Part shown: piece by piece, positions 26,528 to 41,873 of the stretch
Position numbering within the stretch: position 1 is the stretch's first letter
Layout: the number at the start of each line of letters is the position of its first letter
DNA from: Octopus vulgaris
Taxonomy: Eukaryota
NCBI GenBank assembly: GCA_951406725.2
Contig: OX597823.1
Location: 50,964,001 to 51,028,000, forward strand
DNA: 64,000 nucleotides
Direction: 5' to 3'
Program-made: the position numbers and the translations under genes
The notes under the pieces: model-generated
What the model was told of the DNA's origin: nothing
Seen by the model: the letters and a program-made list of their open reading frames with translations, nothing else
The model's database searches: none

Positions 26528-27265
26528 AGGCGGTGAGCTGGCAGAAACGTTAGCACGCCGGGCGAAATGCTTAGCAGTATTTCGTCTGTCTTTATGTTCT
26601 AAGTTCAAATAGCGCCGAGATCGACTTTGCCTTTCATCACCATTTCGGGGTTGATAAATTAAGTACCAGCTGTGTACTGTTATCGATCTAATCGACTGGC
26701 CCCCATCCTCAAAAATTTCGGGCCTTGTGCCTAGAGTAGAAAAGAAAATTACTTTGTTGAAAGGGCGGTGAGATGGCAGAAACGTTAGCACGGCTGGTGA
26801 AATGCTTAGCAGTATTTCGTCTGTCTTTATGCTCTGAGTTCAAATTCCGCTGAGGTCGACTTTGTGTTTCATCCTCTCGGAATCGATAAATCAAATACCT
26901 ATTTCTTTATTACCCACAAGGGGCTAAACACAGAGGGAACAAACAAGGACAGACATAGGTATTAAGTCGATTACATCGACCCCAGTTCGTAACTGGTACT
27001 TAATTTATCGACCCCGAAAGGATGAAAGGCAAAGTCGACCTCGGCGGAATTTGAACTCACTACGTAACGCAGACGAAATACCGCTAAGCATTTCGCCCGG
27101 CGTGCTAACGTTTCTGCTAGCTCGCCGCCTTAAAGAGAGATCGACTTTGCCTTTCATCCTTTCGGGGTTAATAAATCAAATACCAGTTGCGTACTGATGT
27201 CGATCTAATCGACTGGCCCCCTCCCCCAAAATTTCAGGCCATGTGCCTAAAGTAGAAAAGAATAT
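26528..27265. mobile_element. Nested cluster of SINE family A copies
   Basis: Plus-strand copies at 26528-26745, 26763-26895 and 27138-27265, with a minus-strand copy at 26896-27130. Confidence 0.9.
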
Positions 27266-27555
27266 TACTTTGTTGGGTGCATAAAATCGCAACTCCCTAT
27301 ATGTATGATATTTTGAGTCAGAAATATTTTTGCAACACTGTTTTATGTGGAACTTTCTACACTTTTGAAAAATGCTAAACTGTTGTATTGCACTTTATCA
27401 ATTTTCATGAGAAGCAGCTGGAGATACGCTAGTTTGACCAAAATAACCGGCTACTGCAAGCAAAAAATTAAATATTGAAAAAAAAAAAACTCATTTGACC
27501 AAATTTTGACACACGACAGTTTAACACAATAGCGACAACACACACACACACACAC

Positions 27556-27594
<39 letters not shown>

Positions 27595-27890
27595 TATACT
27601 ACTTTGGATCCCCAATTCCCTATTTTGCTGGCGTGGACTCCCAAATGTTTTACGCGTAACCCGAAGGTTCCTATGGACACTGGTTATGAGAAACCACTGC
27701 ATTAGACCTAATATATTCCAGGGCAATGTTCATCCTCAATCTCTGAGTAAGGCTTAAAGATAAGACGCTATAAATCTAACTGTACACTCCTGTAGAATTG
27801 TTCGCTGTGTCTTATGTTCTTTGACCCAGGTACAGGTTTTCTAAATAAAGTATTTCTAATATAAACAGAATGGATTCCAGTATATTGCTA

Positions 27891-27944
<54 letters not shown>

Positions 27945-28281
27945 CATTGACTTTGAGGAAAAAGCAAACGAGGGAACTTTCAGCAAAGTTCCTAAAAGCA
28001 AATTTTTCTAAAATTTGTCTTTTACTACTGTCTTAAAATAACAGTTGGGCACATAGGATATAGTAGTACTTGGAAAATGTAATTAGGTGATGGTCACAGC
28101 TGGGGCTAAACAAAAAGAAGACCAAGTGCATATATTCCATTTACATACATACACACATACATACATACATACATACATACATACAATGTTTTGCCGAGCG
28201 AGTTAACATTTCAGCCAGCTCGCGGTCTTAAATATAATAATAATGATAATGACAATAATGATGATGATGATGATGATGATA

Positions 28282-28313
<32 letters not shown>

Positions 28314-28329
28314 CAAAATTATAATAATG

Positions 28330-28840
28330 ATAAACCCTCTTAGGTACGAAAAAGCCTGGCTATAGAAAATGAAGAAGGCGAAGACAGTGCAAATTATTGT
28401 TGGGTCCTTGGGGAACAGTATCAGAAGGCATCAAGAGGAATATCAAGGAAATTGGAATGGAGTGCCCAGTAGAACTGTTACAAAAGATTTGCCTCCTTGG
28501 CACGGCCAGAATAACCAAGAAAGTATTAGATAACTGAAAAGAATGGATAGCATGGCACTGTAGGCTAAAGGTAGTAGGCCACTATGTATGTAGGACTCCA
28601 AGAGTTTCAACAAAACCTTGTGATAAAAAGAAAAGAGATAATAATTACAATAACCCGAAGAAACATTTGGAATCTTGACGTATCGCAAAAGACGGCATTA
28701 TTTGGAACTGGACGCATATTGCATAAAGTGCTGTCTGTCTGAGGTCCTTGTTTATGCCTTGGGAGAGAGTACAAACCCCTGGTAGACACAATATCTTTAA
28801 TCAACAACATCAGGAAACTGGATACTATGCGACGTCTTAA
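28330..28840 (+). mobile_element. Two R4/Dong-like 3' fragments
   Basis: LLQKICLLGTARITKKVLDN* and SQKTALFGTGRILHKVLSV* C-termini, bounded by (AAT)/(GAT) repeats. Confidence 0.75.
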
Positions 28841-28841
28841 C

Positions 28842-28897
<56 letters not shown>

Positions 28898-28929
28898 GTA
28901 AAAAAAAAAAATAATAATAATAATAACTG

Positions 28930-29690
28930 ATTTGAAGTGTTATCATGTACATTTTGGGTGTTTCATTCAACATCTTAAACAGCCCTTATTCAAGGACCAT
29001 TTGAGTGGGGAGGGCCTACTCGATCTGAAGAAAATTCCAACTCGTCCCGACCTGCACGGTCAAGCGCTGTTTATCTTGATATGAGATCGCCATGTTACGC
29101 ACATATTGTTGTGATGCATGTGTATCGTGTGCCCTTTTCAGATGGGTAGTTATGATGGGTATACTGCGCTTCGTATATTTTACCCCAGTGTCAATTTGAT
29201 GGCATGCTCTGCACTCTCACTCAATAATAACAATAATGGGCTACAACAAATATTCTGCTCAATACCACAGATTTGCTTGTCAGTTGTTTGACCTTAACCA
29301 GATGAGCATCTCTCTTAGTGGTTGATGATATGTACATCTCTGATCACAAGCAGAAGTAGTAGGGGAGCATCATAGCCATGTGTTGAGAGGAATTCTTTGG
29401 CGTTCAATAATTCACCTTTGGAAACATGGGTGTTTTGCCCACCATCCTTAGAGAAACCTTATTCATAGACCTTTTGAACGGGATGGGCTACTCAACCTGA
29501 AGAAAATTCTAACTGGGCTCCACCTGTAAGGTCATGCTCTGTTAATCTTGATATGAGATCACCATGTCACACGCATTTGGTTGTGATGCATGTGCTTGGT
29601 ATAAACTTATCAGACAGGTGGTCATTGGGCTTCGTATATTTGTACCCTAGTGTCACTTTGTTGGCATGCAATGGTCTCCCACTCAATATT
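28930..29690 (+). mobile_element. Two 5'-truncated copies of family E
   Basis: Reverse complement of parts of 19372-19926, each ending CACTCAAT(A). Confidence 0.85.
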
Positions 29691-29714
29691 AAAAACAACA
29701 GCAACAATAATAAT

Positions 29715-29933
29715 ACTTTCTGCTATAGGCACAAGACCTGAAAGTTTTTAGGGGAGGGGTCTAGTCGATTAAATCGACCCCAGTGTCTCACTGGTACTCA
29801 ATTTATCGACTCCGAAAATATGAAAGGCAATGTCAACCTCGGCGGAATTTGTACTCAACGTAGCGACAGGCGAAGAGCCGCTAAGCATTTCGTCCGGCGC
29901 GCTAACGCTTTTGCTTTTACCATCCCATCGCCT
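29715..29933 (-). mobile_element. SINE family A
   Basis: Head, core and tail as in other copies. Confidence 0.85.
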
Positions 29934-30018
<85 letters not shown>

Positions 30019-30477
30019 GTTGTTGATGATGATGATGATAATAACGAATTTAATGAATTCTTAACATTAACGTTTTCATTATCGACCACAAGGGTTTGTT
30101 ATATAGTAATAAAAGAAAAAAACAAAAAAAAAAAAAAACAAAAGAAAAAACAAGCATAACATGATGCGCGGTGGGGTACACAATAAAATAAAGGCAAAAA
30201 GAAGCAGGGAAGGGAATAAAAGTAAGCCAACACTAACAAGAAGAACAACGGCAACGATAATATAACATTTTTTTTTAATATTTGCCACAGGGCCGTTGAT
30301 GAGGAGTGCATTCCAAAGACAGGTTTAGAATTTGCGTGGGGATTTATTTGCATATTGTATGAGGGGTAAGTAAGTAAGTAAGAGAAAATAGACGGTGAAA
30401 TGAGATGAAAGTATACGAAGCGTGTCATGTGTATAAGCATGTATTTCCACCTGCTTGTCATGTGTATAGGAAAAATA

Positions 30478-30785
30478 ACGATGATGACGACGATGATGAT
30501 GATGATGACGATGATGATGATAATGATGATGATGATTATTATGATTATGCTGCTGCTGATGATGATGATGACGATGACGACGATGATGATGACAATGATG
30601 ACGATGATGATGATGATGATGATGATGATGATAATGATGTTGATGATGATGATGATGACAATGACGACGATGATGATGACAATGATAACGATAATGATGA
30701 TGATGATTATGATGATGATGATGATGATGATGATGATAATAATGATGAGGGTGATGATGACGATAATGATGATAACGACGACGTC

Positions 30786-30827
<42 letters not shown>

Positions 30828-30828
30828 A
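30478..30828. repeat. Imperfect (GAT)n microsatellite
   Basis: Tandem repeat read directly. It explains the poly-D, poly-M and poly-H ORFs. Confidence 0.97.
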
Positions 30829-31391
30829 AATTAAAACATATTTATGAAAATACGAGAGATGGAAGGAAACAGAGTGAGAAAGAGAGTGAGAGAACGAGAG
30901 AAAGGATGACAGTGAGAGAATATGAGAGAGAGAGAGAGAGAAAAACACAAACACACACACACACACACACACAGATGAAAGGCGCACAGCGAGATGTGGG
31001 GCTAGAGAAATGCCTGCCTCATTCTGAACAACCTACCTACACACGATATCGGCATTGAGTATAAGATAGGTGGTTGAAAGCAACGAAGGCGTTTCTGCCA
31101 CAAAAGCAGGTAGTTCCACCAGAATCAATGCGATGCTGGGATAGGAGAAAGAGAGAGAGAGGGAAGAAGGAAAGAAACAGTGACTCTGAGAAAGGGAGAA
31201 GGAGAGAGAGAGAGAGAGAGAGAGAGAGCGAAAGAGAGAGCGAAAGAGAGAGCGAAAGAGAGAGCGAAAGAGAAAGAGAGAAACTTGAGACTTCTGCAAT
31301 GTTGTAAGTTATTCGACTGCTGTATGGGCGGAGATTATTAACCCTCCCCGCACATAACCGACAAAATCCACTACATACTAGGTGATGCTTC

Positions 31392-31434
<43 letters not shown>

Positions 31435-31474
31435 TATATATACATATATATATGTACATATATATTTACACGCG

Positions 31475-31509
<35 letters not shown>

Positions 31510-31666
31510 GTATTTATATGTATTTATATGTATGTATGTATATCGTATATGTATATCATATGTGCATATTAAGGTGTTGTTATTATTTTATGCCATTGTT
31601 TAGGATTCATTATTGTTATTATTACGGTGCAAAGAACACATTCATATACACACACACACATCCATA

Positions 31667-31703
<37 letters not shown>

Positions 31704-33958
31704 GCAGCTTAGCGCGCATTCTCACGCATAAACATATCCACATATACGCACAAAGAACGCACTTGAACACACGTAATATTCAACTACACACACACACACA
31801 CACACGCAGACACCCACATGCACACAATACACTTACACGCATTCCCAAACATGCATGCAGAAGCACACAGACACACACGCGTCGCAGCTGTACGCACATG
31901 TTCACTCTTGTACATACACTCATGCACGCAGCCTGACAGACATACCCACGCATAAAGCACATCGGCGCACAAAGAGACTAAACGTAGGATGATACTCACA
32001 TACCTACATATTATATACACATTCACACATACACACTCAAGGCTACGCACGTTCGTGCACACGCACTATGGAGACATACACACACAGAACAGCCATGTTT
32101 TCAATATGTGTTTCTCGTTGGGGGAGCAGGCATAAGCTTGCATGTATAGCTTCTTCTTTGGAGATTGGCCAGGGATACGAGAATCCTTTAATTAGCAGTT
32201 CTAATGACATAATAAGTTGCAACATTAACCACCACTACTACTACTACCACCACCGCCACCGTCGACTACGACGACGACACCGCAGTCACCACAACCACCA
32301 TTTCCACTACCGCCGCCGATGTTATCACTACTGTCCTCTTACCTCATCCTCTCCTGTCTCGCTTCTTTACTCCCTCCTTTGTATTTTCTACTCCCTCTCT
32401 TTTTCTCTCTTTCCCGCCTCTCTCTCTCTCTCTGTTGTTTCTTGTTCGCTCGACTGGTTAGAAATAACAGGCAAGTATCCCTCAAACCACACCCTAGAAT
32501 CTTATAAAAGGACACGTTAGATAACGTGCTCCCGGGCTGTCTACCTGCATATAGGAATGTAGAATGTATGGTCACCGCTTAAATGTCTTTGACGTCAGGG
32601 CTGGAGCTGACCAGCGGCTAAACACTAACAACAATATTGTCAACAACAACAACAACAATACACAAAACAACTATAACAACAAAACAAAAATATTCTCCTG
32701 ATTTGCGAAACTAAAATTTCATTGGTTACCTACAGCTATTACCATTGTTCACTCAAGCAGTGTTCGATTTTCTTCAGTTTCTTAAACTTCCTAAATATTA
32801 AAAGCCTCAAAATGGCGGTCATTCAGCCAGAATGACCATCCATCCATTTTGTTTTTTTTTCTCTCGCATGTCCGTTCAAGTCTTCTTCATATGTTCGTTT
32901 CGTTTCACTATCCAGAGTCTTTGGCCAATTCAGACCATTCTTCGACTGACCGAACATCAGCAGTGGATGTCATCAGTTTCTGTCTCCAAACGCCAAATGA
33001 GCTTTCTTACCTACCTCACTCCCTCAGACAATAACCCCCTCCCAACATCCATCGCTCAAACGTTCACTGCCCAAATGGTCAGTGACAAGCTAACCAAACG
33101 ACACCCTCTACATTTACTCTCCCCTAGCCTTTTCCTCTCCTATAATAATATCTCCTACGTCACACCACCAAGTGTTATTCTTCCTTTTTTCTTTCTCTCT
33201 ATCTTTTTTTCTTTCTCCTTCTTCGTCGTCTTTTTTCTTATTATTATTTTGCGTTATGTCCAGTTGTACAATTTGCTAGGGACAGAGTCAAACTGCGAGG
33301 ACTTTCACCGTAATGATAGAGAAACGAAGAGCAGAATGAATTAGTGAGAAAAAAAAAGAGACAGTGTGTATTACACTGAGTGAGTGACCAGTACATTTGT
33401 TAGATGTTTACTGGTCTTATCTCATAACCCCCCACTCTTTTCCTTCTGTCCGTGATCAGTCATCTGCTTGTCCATAGTTTACTGCTGTCCATCAATTAAT
33501 CTGGCTTCATGTCACATAGTCTTTGTTCCCTCGCAGTAAGTCCGACTGTCAATTTCCATAATCGTCCATTTCAATTTAGCAGTTAGTACAGCTGAGGTGC
33601 AGCCCCGGCTAAAGCGTCCATTTCATTTTTCCCCACTCCGTCCAAATAAATGGGCTTTAAGGGAAAACAACTCAACGTTGCCCTCGTCGAAACTATTCCA
33701 GACACGCCCTTCCCACCCGTACCTCCACTCAATATACAATATCACTAAATCAACTTGGATCTTTGTGTGCTTATGTGTGTATATATAAATAGCCATATGT
33801 ATGTATATATGTATGTATGTATGTATCTATATATACACAAACATACATAAATGCAAATACATACACATACATATATTTAATATATGTATGTATATACATA
33901 CATGAGATTATCTCTATATATAATATATATATAAACATATATATATATACATATATAT

Positions 33959-33999
<41 letters not shown>

Positions 34000-34134
34000 C
34001 GTATATTATACATATACTTATACATATACGTATATTATACATATACATACATTATACATATACTTATATATAATTTATACATATATATATACAAACACAT
34101 TATATACATACATATATGTATCTATCTACCAATC

Positions 34135-34183
<49 letters not shown>

Positions 34184-34212
34184 GTGTATATATATATATG
34201 GATATATTTGTA

Positions 34213-34256
<44 letters not shown>

Positions 34257-34394
34257 GATATTCTTATATGTGTGTCTTCCTGTATGTATGTAAGAGTAAA
34301 TACTGAAAGGGATAAATATCGAATTGAGGAAAGAGAGGAAGAGAATATATCCATACATACACATATATATATATGTATATGTATATATATACAT

Positions 34395-34475
<81 letters not shown>

Positions 34476-34984
34476 AATAAGAAAATGGAGGGGATCAATA
34501 GGTGGTATTCATCAAATTTTAGACTTATATTACGTCAATTTATATATATATTTACTGAAATGACACTTATAACAATAAACATACATGCATAACATATGCT
34601 ATATACACATATATATATATATATATATGTATGTATTTTTAGTAATACACTTACGTACAGAAGCACGCACCAAAACATGCCTCGGTATATACCTGTGCAT
34701 TGTACATATATCACACATATATGAAGAGAAAATAAAACCAAGAAAAGTATGAGCAGAAATACCAATAACGTCTTATATCGGAAAATATTGATACACATAC
34801 AAGCGCAATATTTAAATAATATTACGTATGAATATATACGCATTCGCCCTTCTGCTTGTGTGTTCGTGTGTCTGTTTCTCTGTTGCCCGTCTATGAGCAT
34901 GCCTGCGTGTTTTTCTGTTTACTATCAATGTACGTATGTATGTATGTATGTTTGCTTGTATGAATGTAATAGATTTCGCCATTG

Positions 34985-35015
<31 letters not shown>

Positions 35016-35061
35016 AGCCAATATGCATGCTAATTATATAACATTTATAATAATAATAATT

Positions 35062-35621
<560 letters not shown>

Positions 35622-36181
35622 TTGTTTCAAGTTTTGCCACAAGGCAGACACTTTGGGGGAAAGGTTGTGTCGATTACATCGACCCCAGTTTTTCACTGGT
35701 ACTTAATTTATCGACTCCGAAATGATGAAAGGCAAGGTTTGGCCCTTTCTCCTAGCGGCACAATGACTGCAATTTGGTGCGGGAAAGATTGCTCAAATAG
35801 CACATTGTTCAGTGACCTCGAAACGACAACAGGACAGGCAGAGCTATTTGAACCTAGAATATAAAGGGCCGGGGGAAATACCATTGAGCATTTTGTTCTA
35901 CGTAATTACGATTCTGAAGGCGCGCCCTTAACTCATTCAATATGTGTAGTTACAACACACGTGGGGTTTAGCATGTTGAAAATATGACTTTCTATTATAT
36001 GTATGTATGCATGTATGTATGTATGTATGTATGTATGTATGTATGTATGTATGTATTTATGTATGTATGTATGTATGTATGTATGTATGTTTGTTTGTTT
36101 GTATATTGTGTACATGCAAGTTATGTATGTATGTGTGTATCTATACATATATCTATGTATATGCACTTGAACTTAGGTATG

Positions 36182-36223
<42 letters not shown>

Positions 36224-36227
36224 CATA

Positions 36228-36274
<47 letters not shown>

Positions 36275-36279
36275 CTCTT

Positions 36280-36503
36280 ACTCTTTTACTCTTTTAATTG
36301 TTTCAGTCATTTGACTGTGGCCATGCTGGAGCACCACCTTTTAGTCGAGCAAATCGACCCCAGGACTTATTCTTTGTCAACCTAGTACTTATTCTATCGG
36401 TCTCTTTTGCCGAACCGCTAAGTTACGGGGACGTAAACACAGCAGCATCGGTTGTCAAGCGATGTTGGGGACAAGCACAGCCACACAAACACATACACAC
36501 ACC

Positions 36504-36553
<50 letters not shown>

Positions 36554-36716
36554 TACGACGGGCTTCTTTCAGTTTCCGTCTACCAAATCCTCTCACAAGG
36601 CTTTGGTCGGCCCGGCGCTATAGTAGAAGACACTTGCCGAAGGTGCCACGCAGTGGGACTGAACCCGGAACCATGTGGTTGGTAAGCAAGCTACTTACCA
36701 CACAGCCACACCTACG

Positions 36717-36720
<4 letters not shown>
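36280..36720 (-). mobile_element. SINE family B, full length
   Basis: Head TAGGCGTAGGTGTGGCTGTGTGGTAAG...GGGTTCAGTCCC, CORE-like GGCAAGTGTCTT, tail AAAAGAGTAAAAGAG. Confidence 0.92.
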
Positions 36721-36754
<34 letters not shown>

Positions 36755-37488
36755 AATGTATGTATGTATGTATGTATGTATGTATGTATACAAAACCGCA
36801 AACACACACAATCATACATATATATCTGTGTGTGTATATATATATATTTACACAAAATGCATATGTAAGTGTATACATACAACAGGACTCACTCAGTTGC
36901 TGCCCACAAAATATTCTGTGAAGGTTTGGTCGGCCCAAAGCTATACCAGAAAAACATCTGCCCAAGTTGACGAGCAGTGGGACTGAACCCACAATCATGT
37001 GTTTGAGAACAGACGCACACACAAACACACATGCATGCGATCACACTTCCACACATACGCACGCAGATACAATTTACTTAACGTATCGTAGGTTCTACAT
37101 ATTTACTTTGAGGACCAAATTACGCGCAACCCTAAACAATATGACAATATATGCGTTTATTGGAAAAATAGAACTGAAACATCGTTATTTTGAATAGAAT
37201 TAAATACTTTGTCACTAGTTTTTCGTAAATACATGAAAAAAAAATGCCAGGTAAAACATTTATAAAACACGCAAGTGCGCGCGTACACACACACACACAT
37301 ACAAACATGTGCGCGCTCGTACATACATACATACATACATACATACATACATACATACATACATACATACATACACACACACACGCACACACACATATAT
37401 ATATAGTCTATTTCAACTAGTTTCAGCTCACGAGCTGTCGCCATGCTAGGGCCCCACCATTATATATATATGTATATATATCTATATC

Positions 37489-37519
<31 letters not shown>

Positions 37520-37544
37520 TATATTATTTATTCTTCTATTTTTT

Positions 37545-37728
37545 ATTTATTTGAGTGATTTGCAGCCATTGTTGAGTACTGTTTTTTAGTCGAACAATCG
37601 ACCACGGGACTTACTTTTTAAGCCTAGCGCTTATTCTATCGCTCTCTTTGGGCGAACCGGGGACTTAAACGCAGTAACATCGCTTGTCAAGCGATGGTGG
37701 GTAGGACAAACACAGGGGGCAGCAACGA

Positions 37729-37768
<40 letters not shown>

Positions 37769-37902
37769 CGGGCTTATTTTAGTTTCTATCTGTCACATTC
37801 ACGCACAAGAATTTGGTCCGACGACGGTGCCATGCAGTGGGACTAACCCGGAACCATGTGGTTGAGAATCAAGATTCTTACCGCACAGCCACCACTACTG
37901 CA

Positions 37903-37905
<3 letters not shown>
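37545..37905 (-). mobile_element. SINE family B, older copy
   Basis: Diverged match to family B. Confidence 0.8.
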
Positions 37906-37945
<40 letters not shown>

Positions 37946-38218
37946 GTACAAAACTTAAGTATGTGCTTAGATATTTATATATATATGTATGTAGTATGTA
38001 TATATGTATATTTATATACTTATATGTGTGTGTAGGTAGGTATATTAAGTGCATATATGCACATACACATATAGAAAGAGACACATACATACAAACATTT
38101 ATATGTATGTGTATGTGTGTGTATATATATATGTATATATACATAAACATACACACACAAAAAATATAAATGTATATATATGTATATATCTATATATTTG
38201 TCTATGCTTATATGCAAA

Positions 38219-38249
<31 letters not shown>

Positions 38250-38314
38250 CTGTCAGGCTGTCTCTCTCTCTCTCTCTTTCTATCTATCTGTGTCTATCTA
38301 TCTAGCTATCTCTG

Positions 38315-38375
<61 letters not shown>

Positions 38376-38419
38376 ATATCTGTTTTTTCTGTCTGTCTGT
38401 CTGTCTGTCTTTCTGTCTG

Positions 38420-38478
<59 letters not shown>

Positions 38479-38516
38479 GTTTTTTCTGTCTGTCTGTCTG
38501 TCTGTCTTTCTGTCTG

Positions 38517-38581
<65 letters not shown>

Positions 38582-38744
38582 TCATCTATGTATCTGTTTA
38601 TATGTATGTATAAATGCATGTATGTATGTATGCATGCATTTATGCATGTAGTGAATGATTATTTAAATATTTAGTTTACTTGATCATTGTACATGTACGT
38701 ATATACATATACACACACATATATGTGTGTGCGTATGTGTATGC

Positions 38745-38776
<32 letters not shown>

Positions 38777-39273
38777 ATGTCTGTATCTATTAGCCGAACG
38801 TGTACAAGACTGCGTGAATAAGCATGTTTACGTATTATTTTAAATTGTTTTTTTTTCCTTTGTCCATGTGTGACCACATAAGTCCACTGCAAACTCTACT
38901 GTCTCACACAACGCAACGTGTCTCGTTGAGTCAGCCAACGTGTGCGCGCATGCGTTTAGTGCGTATGTGTATATATGTGGGTGTATGCGTATGTGTGTCT
39001 GTGAGAGGAAATTGTCAAGTGTCTTCTACTACAGCCTGAGGTCCAGTAATTCCATATCAGTAAACATGATAGACGAACTATTCAGAGTAATGTCGAATAC
39101 ACATGCGCACATACATACATACATACATACATATATACATACATACATACATACATACTTACATACATAAAAACATGCGTACACAGACACAAGCATATAT
39201 ATATATGTGCATTTATATATAATCATGTATGTCTATATATACACGCATATATAGATGTATATATATATATGTA

Positions 39274-39345
<72 letters not shown>

Positions 39346-39355
39346 CATACATACA

Positions 39356-39390
<35 letters not shown>

Positions 39391-39434
39391 GCATTTATGC
39401 ATGAGTATTACGTCTATATATATACGAATATACT

Positions 39435-39835
39435 CTCTCTTTTACTCTTTTACTTGTTTCAGTCAGTTAACTGCGGCCATGCTGGAGCACCGCCTTTAGT
39501 CGAGCAACTCGACCCCGGGACTTATTCTTTGTAAGCCCAGTACTTATTCTATCGGTCTCTTTTGCCGAACCGCTAAGTGACGGGGACGTAAACACACCAG
39601 CATCGGTTGTCAAGCAATGCTAGGGGGACAAACACAGACACACAAACGTATACACACACTTATATATATATATACATATATACGACAGGCTTCTTTCAGT
39701 TTCCGTCTACCAAATCCACTCACAAGGCATTGGTCAGCCCGGGGCTATAGCAGAAGACACTTGCCCAAGATGCCACGCAGTGGGACTGAACCCGGAACCA
39801 TGTGGTTGGTCAGCAAGCTACTTACCACACAGCCA
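39435..39835 (-). mobile_element. SINE family B, young subfamily
   Basis: Near-identical to 46030-46463 and 61352-61765, sharing GCAATGCTAGGGG, GGCATTGG and AAGATGCC. Confidence 0.92.
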
Positions 39836-39865
39836 ATAGATGCATACATATATATATATATATGC

Positions 39866-39903
<38 letters not shown>

Positions 39904-39922
39904 GTATATATATATGTATATG

Positions 39923-39969
<47 letters not shown>

Positions 39970-39970
39970 T

Positions 39971-40015
<45 letters not shown>

Positions 40016-40310
40016 CTTGGTAACCGCTGTCGGTTTGGTGACGTCCCTGTAAATCGCAGTGAGAAAAAGACCCCGATAGAATAAGTAATTAAGTCTTAAA
40101 AATATGTCCTAGGGTCAATTTCTTTCACTAAGCCATTCAACGTGGTGCCACCACATCATGGCTGCAGATCAAAGACTGAAACTTGTGAAAGGTGAAAAAT
40201 AATACACGCACACACAGACATACAAACACAGACACACACATTTAGTGACGGTCATATTTTTGCCAATTAAACACTCGCACTATATATTGGGTCTTCACTT
40301 TGTTGTTGCA

Positions 40311-40371
<61 letters not shown>

Positions 40372-40476
40372 TAACAATGATAATGATGATAATAATAATA
40401 ATAATAATAATAATTATTATTATTATTATTATTGTTGTTGTTGTTGTTGTTCTTCTTCTTCTTCTTCTTCTTCTTC

Positions 40477-40567
<91 letters not shown>

Positions 40568-40710
40568 TATTATTATTATTATTATTATTAATTTAGCATC
40601 CTTTGTCTATGCACAATGAACTAAGCAGAACAAGAAGACACACATGGGATAAACAGTCGCTGAAGAGGTCACAGGATGTATAACGAAAACGCTTAGACAA
40701 AGGGCACTAA

Positions 40711-40749
<39 letters not shown>

Positions 40750-40751
<2 letters not shown>

Positions 40752-40948
40752 ATAACAAAAACACCAGGACTTACAAACACATATAACATACAGAAAATTG
40801 CACTACTAGGCACTGCACACATCCTACGCAGAACACTTTCCATACAATAACCATCAGAGCATCACAACAAATCACAGCACATACCCAAGGCACACAGAGC
40901 TGCGCTCGGTAGTGAAGTGAAAGCACGCTATAAAAATAAAACTACTGA
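40750..40948 (+). mobile_element. R4/Dong-like 3' fragment
   Basis: ITKTPGLTNTYNIQKIALLGTAHILRRTLSIQ* plus a 3' UTR, embedded in (AAT)n. Confidence 0.8.
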
Positions 40949-40977
40949 ATAATAATAATAATAATGATAATAATAAC

Positions 40978-41027
<50 letters not shown>

Positions 41028-41322
41028 CAACAACAACAACAACAACAAGAATAATCCTTTCTACTAAGGTACAAGGGCCTGAAATTTTGGGGAGGGGACC
41101 AGTCGATTACATCGACCCCAATGTTACACTGATACTTAATATATCGACCCCAACAAAGGATAAAAGGCAAAGTCGACTTCGGTGTGAATCGCCAAATTTA
41201 ATATTAACTCTTTCAACACACGATTTCAGATCAAGGATGTAGCAGAACAAGTCCATACATACATACATACATACATACATACATAATAGTACATGCATGC
41301 ATACATACATACATACACACAC

Positions 41323-41429
<107 letters not shown>

Positions 41430-41447
41430 CATTGTTGTTGTTATTAC

Positions 41448-41656
41448 GCTTTTACTTGTTTCAGTCATTTGACTGCGGCCATGCTGTAGCACCGCCTTTA
41501 GTCGAGCAAATCGACCCCAGGACTTATTCTTTGTAAGCCTGGTACTTATCCTATCATCCTCTTTTTCCTGAACCACTAAGTTACGGGGACGTAAACACCC
41601 CAGCATCGGTTCTCAAGCGATGTTAGGGGGACAAACACAGACACACAAACACGCAC

Positions 41657-41723
<67 letters not shown>

Positions 41724-41873
41724 CGACGGGATTCTTTCAGTTATCATCTACCAAATCCACTCACAAGGCTTTGGTCGGCCCGAGGCTATAGTAGAAGGCA
41801 CTTGTCCAAAGTACCACGCAGTGGCACTGAAGCCGGAACCATGTGGTTGGTAAGCAAGCTACTTACCACACAG
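41448..41873 (-). mobile_element. SINE family B
   Basis: As other copies. Confidence 0.9.

Noticed and set aside
30325-31058. 217-220 aa poly-Asp and poly-His ORFs
   Set aside because: They are explained by a (GAT)n tract, with no splice or domain support.
31080-31128. Minus-strand CTGGTGG...GAAAC relic
   Set aside because: It has two core substitutions and no convincing stem I or stem III.
32999-33018. Minus-strand TGAGGTAG (let-7 5' end)
   Set aside because: The rest does not match let-7, and I see no supporting hairpin.
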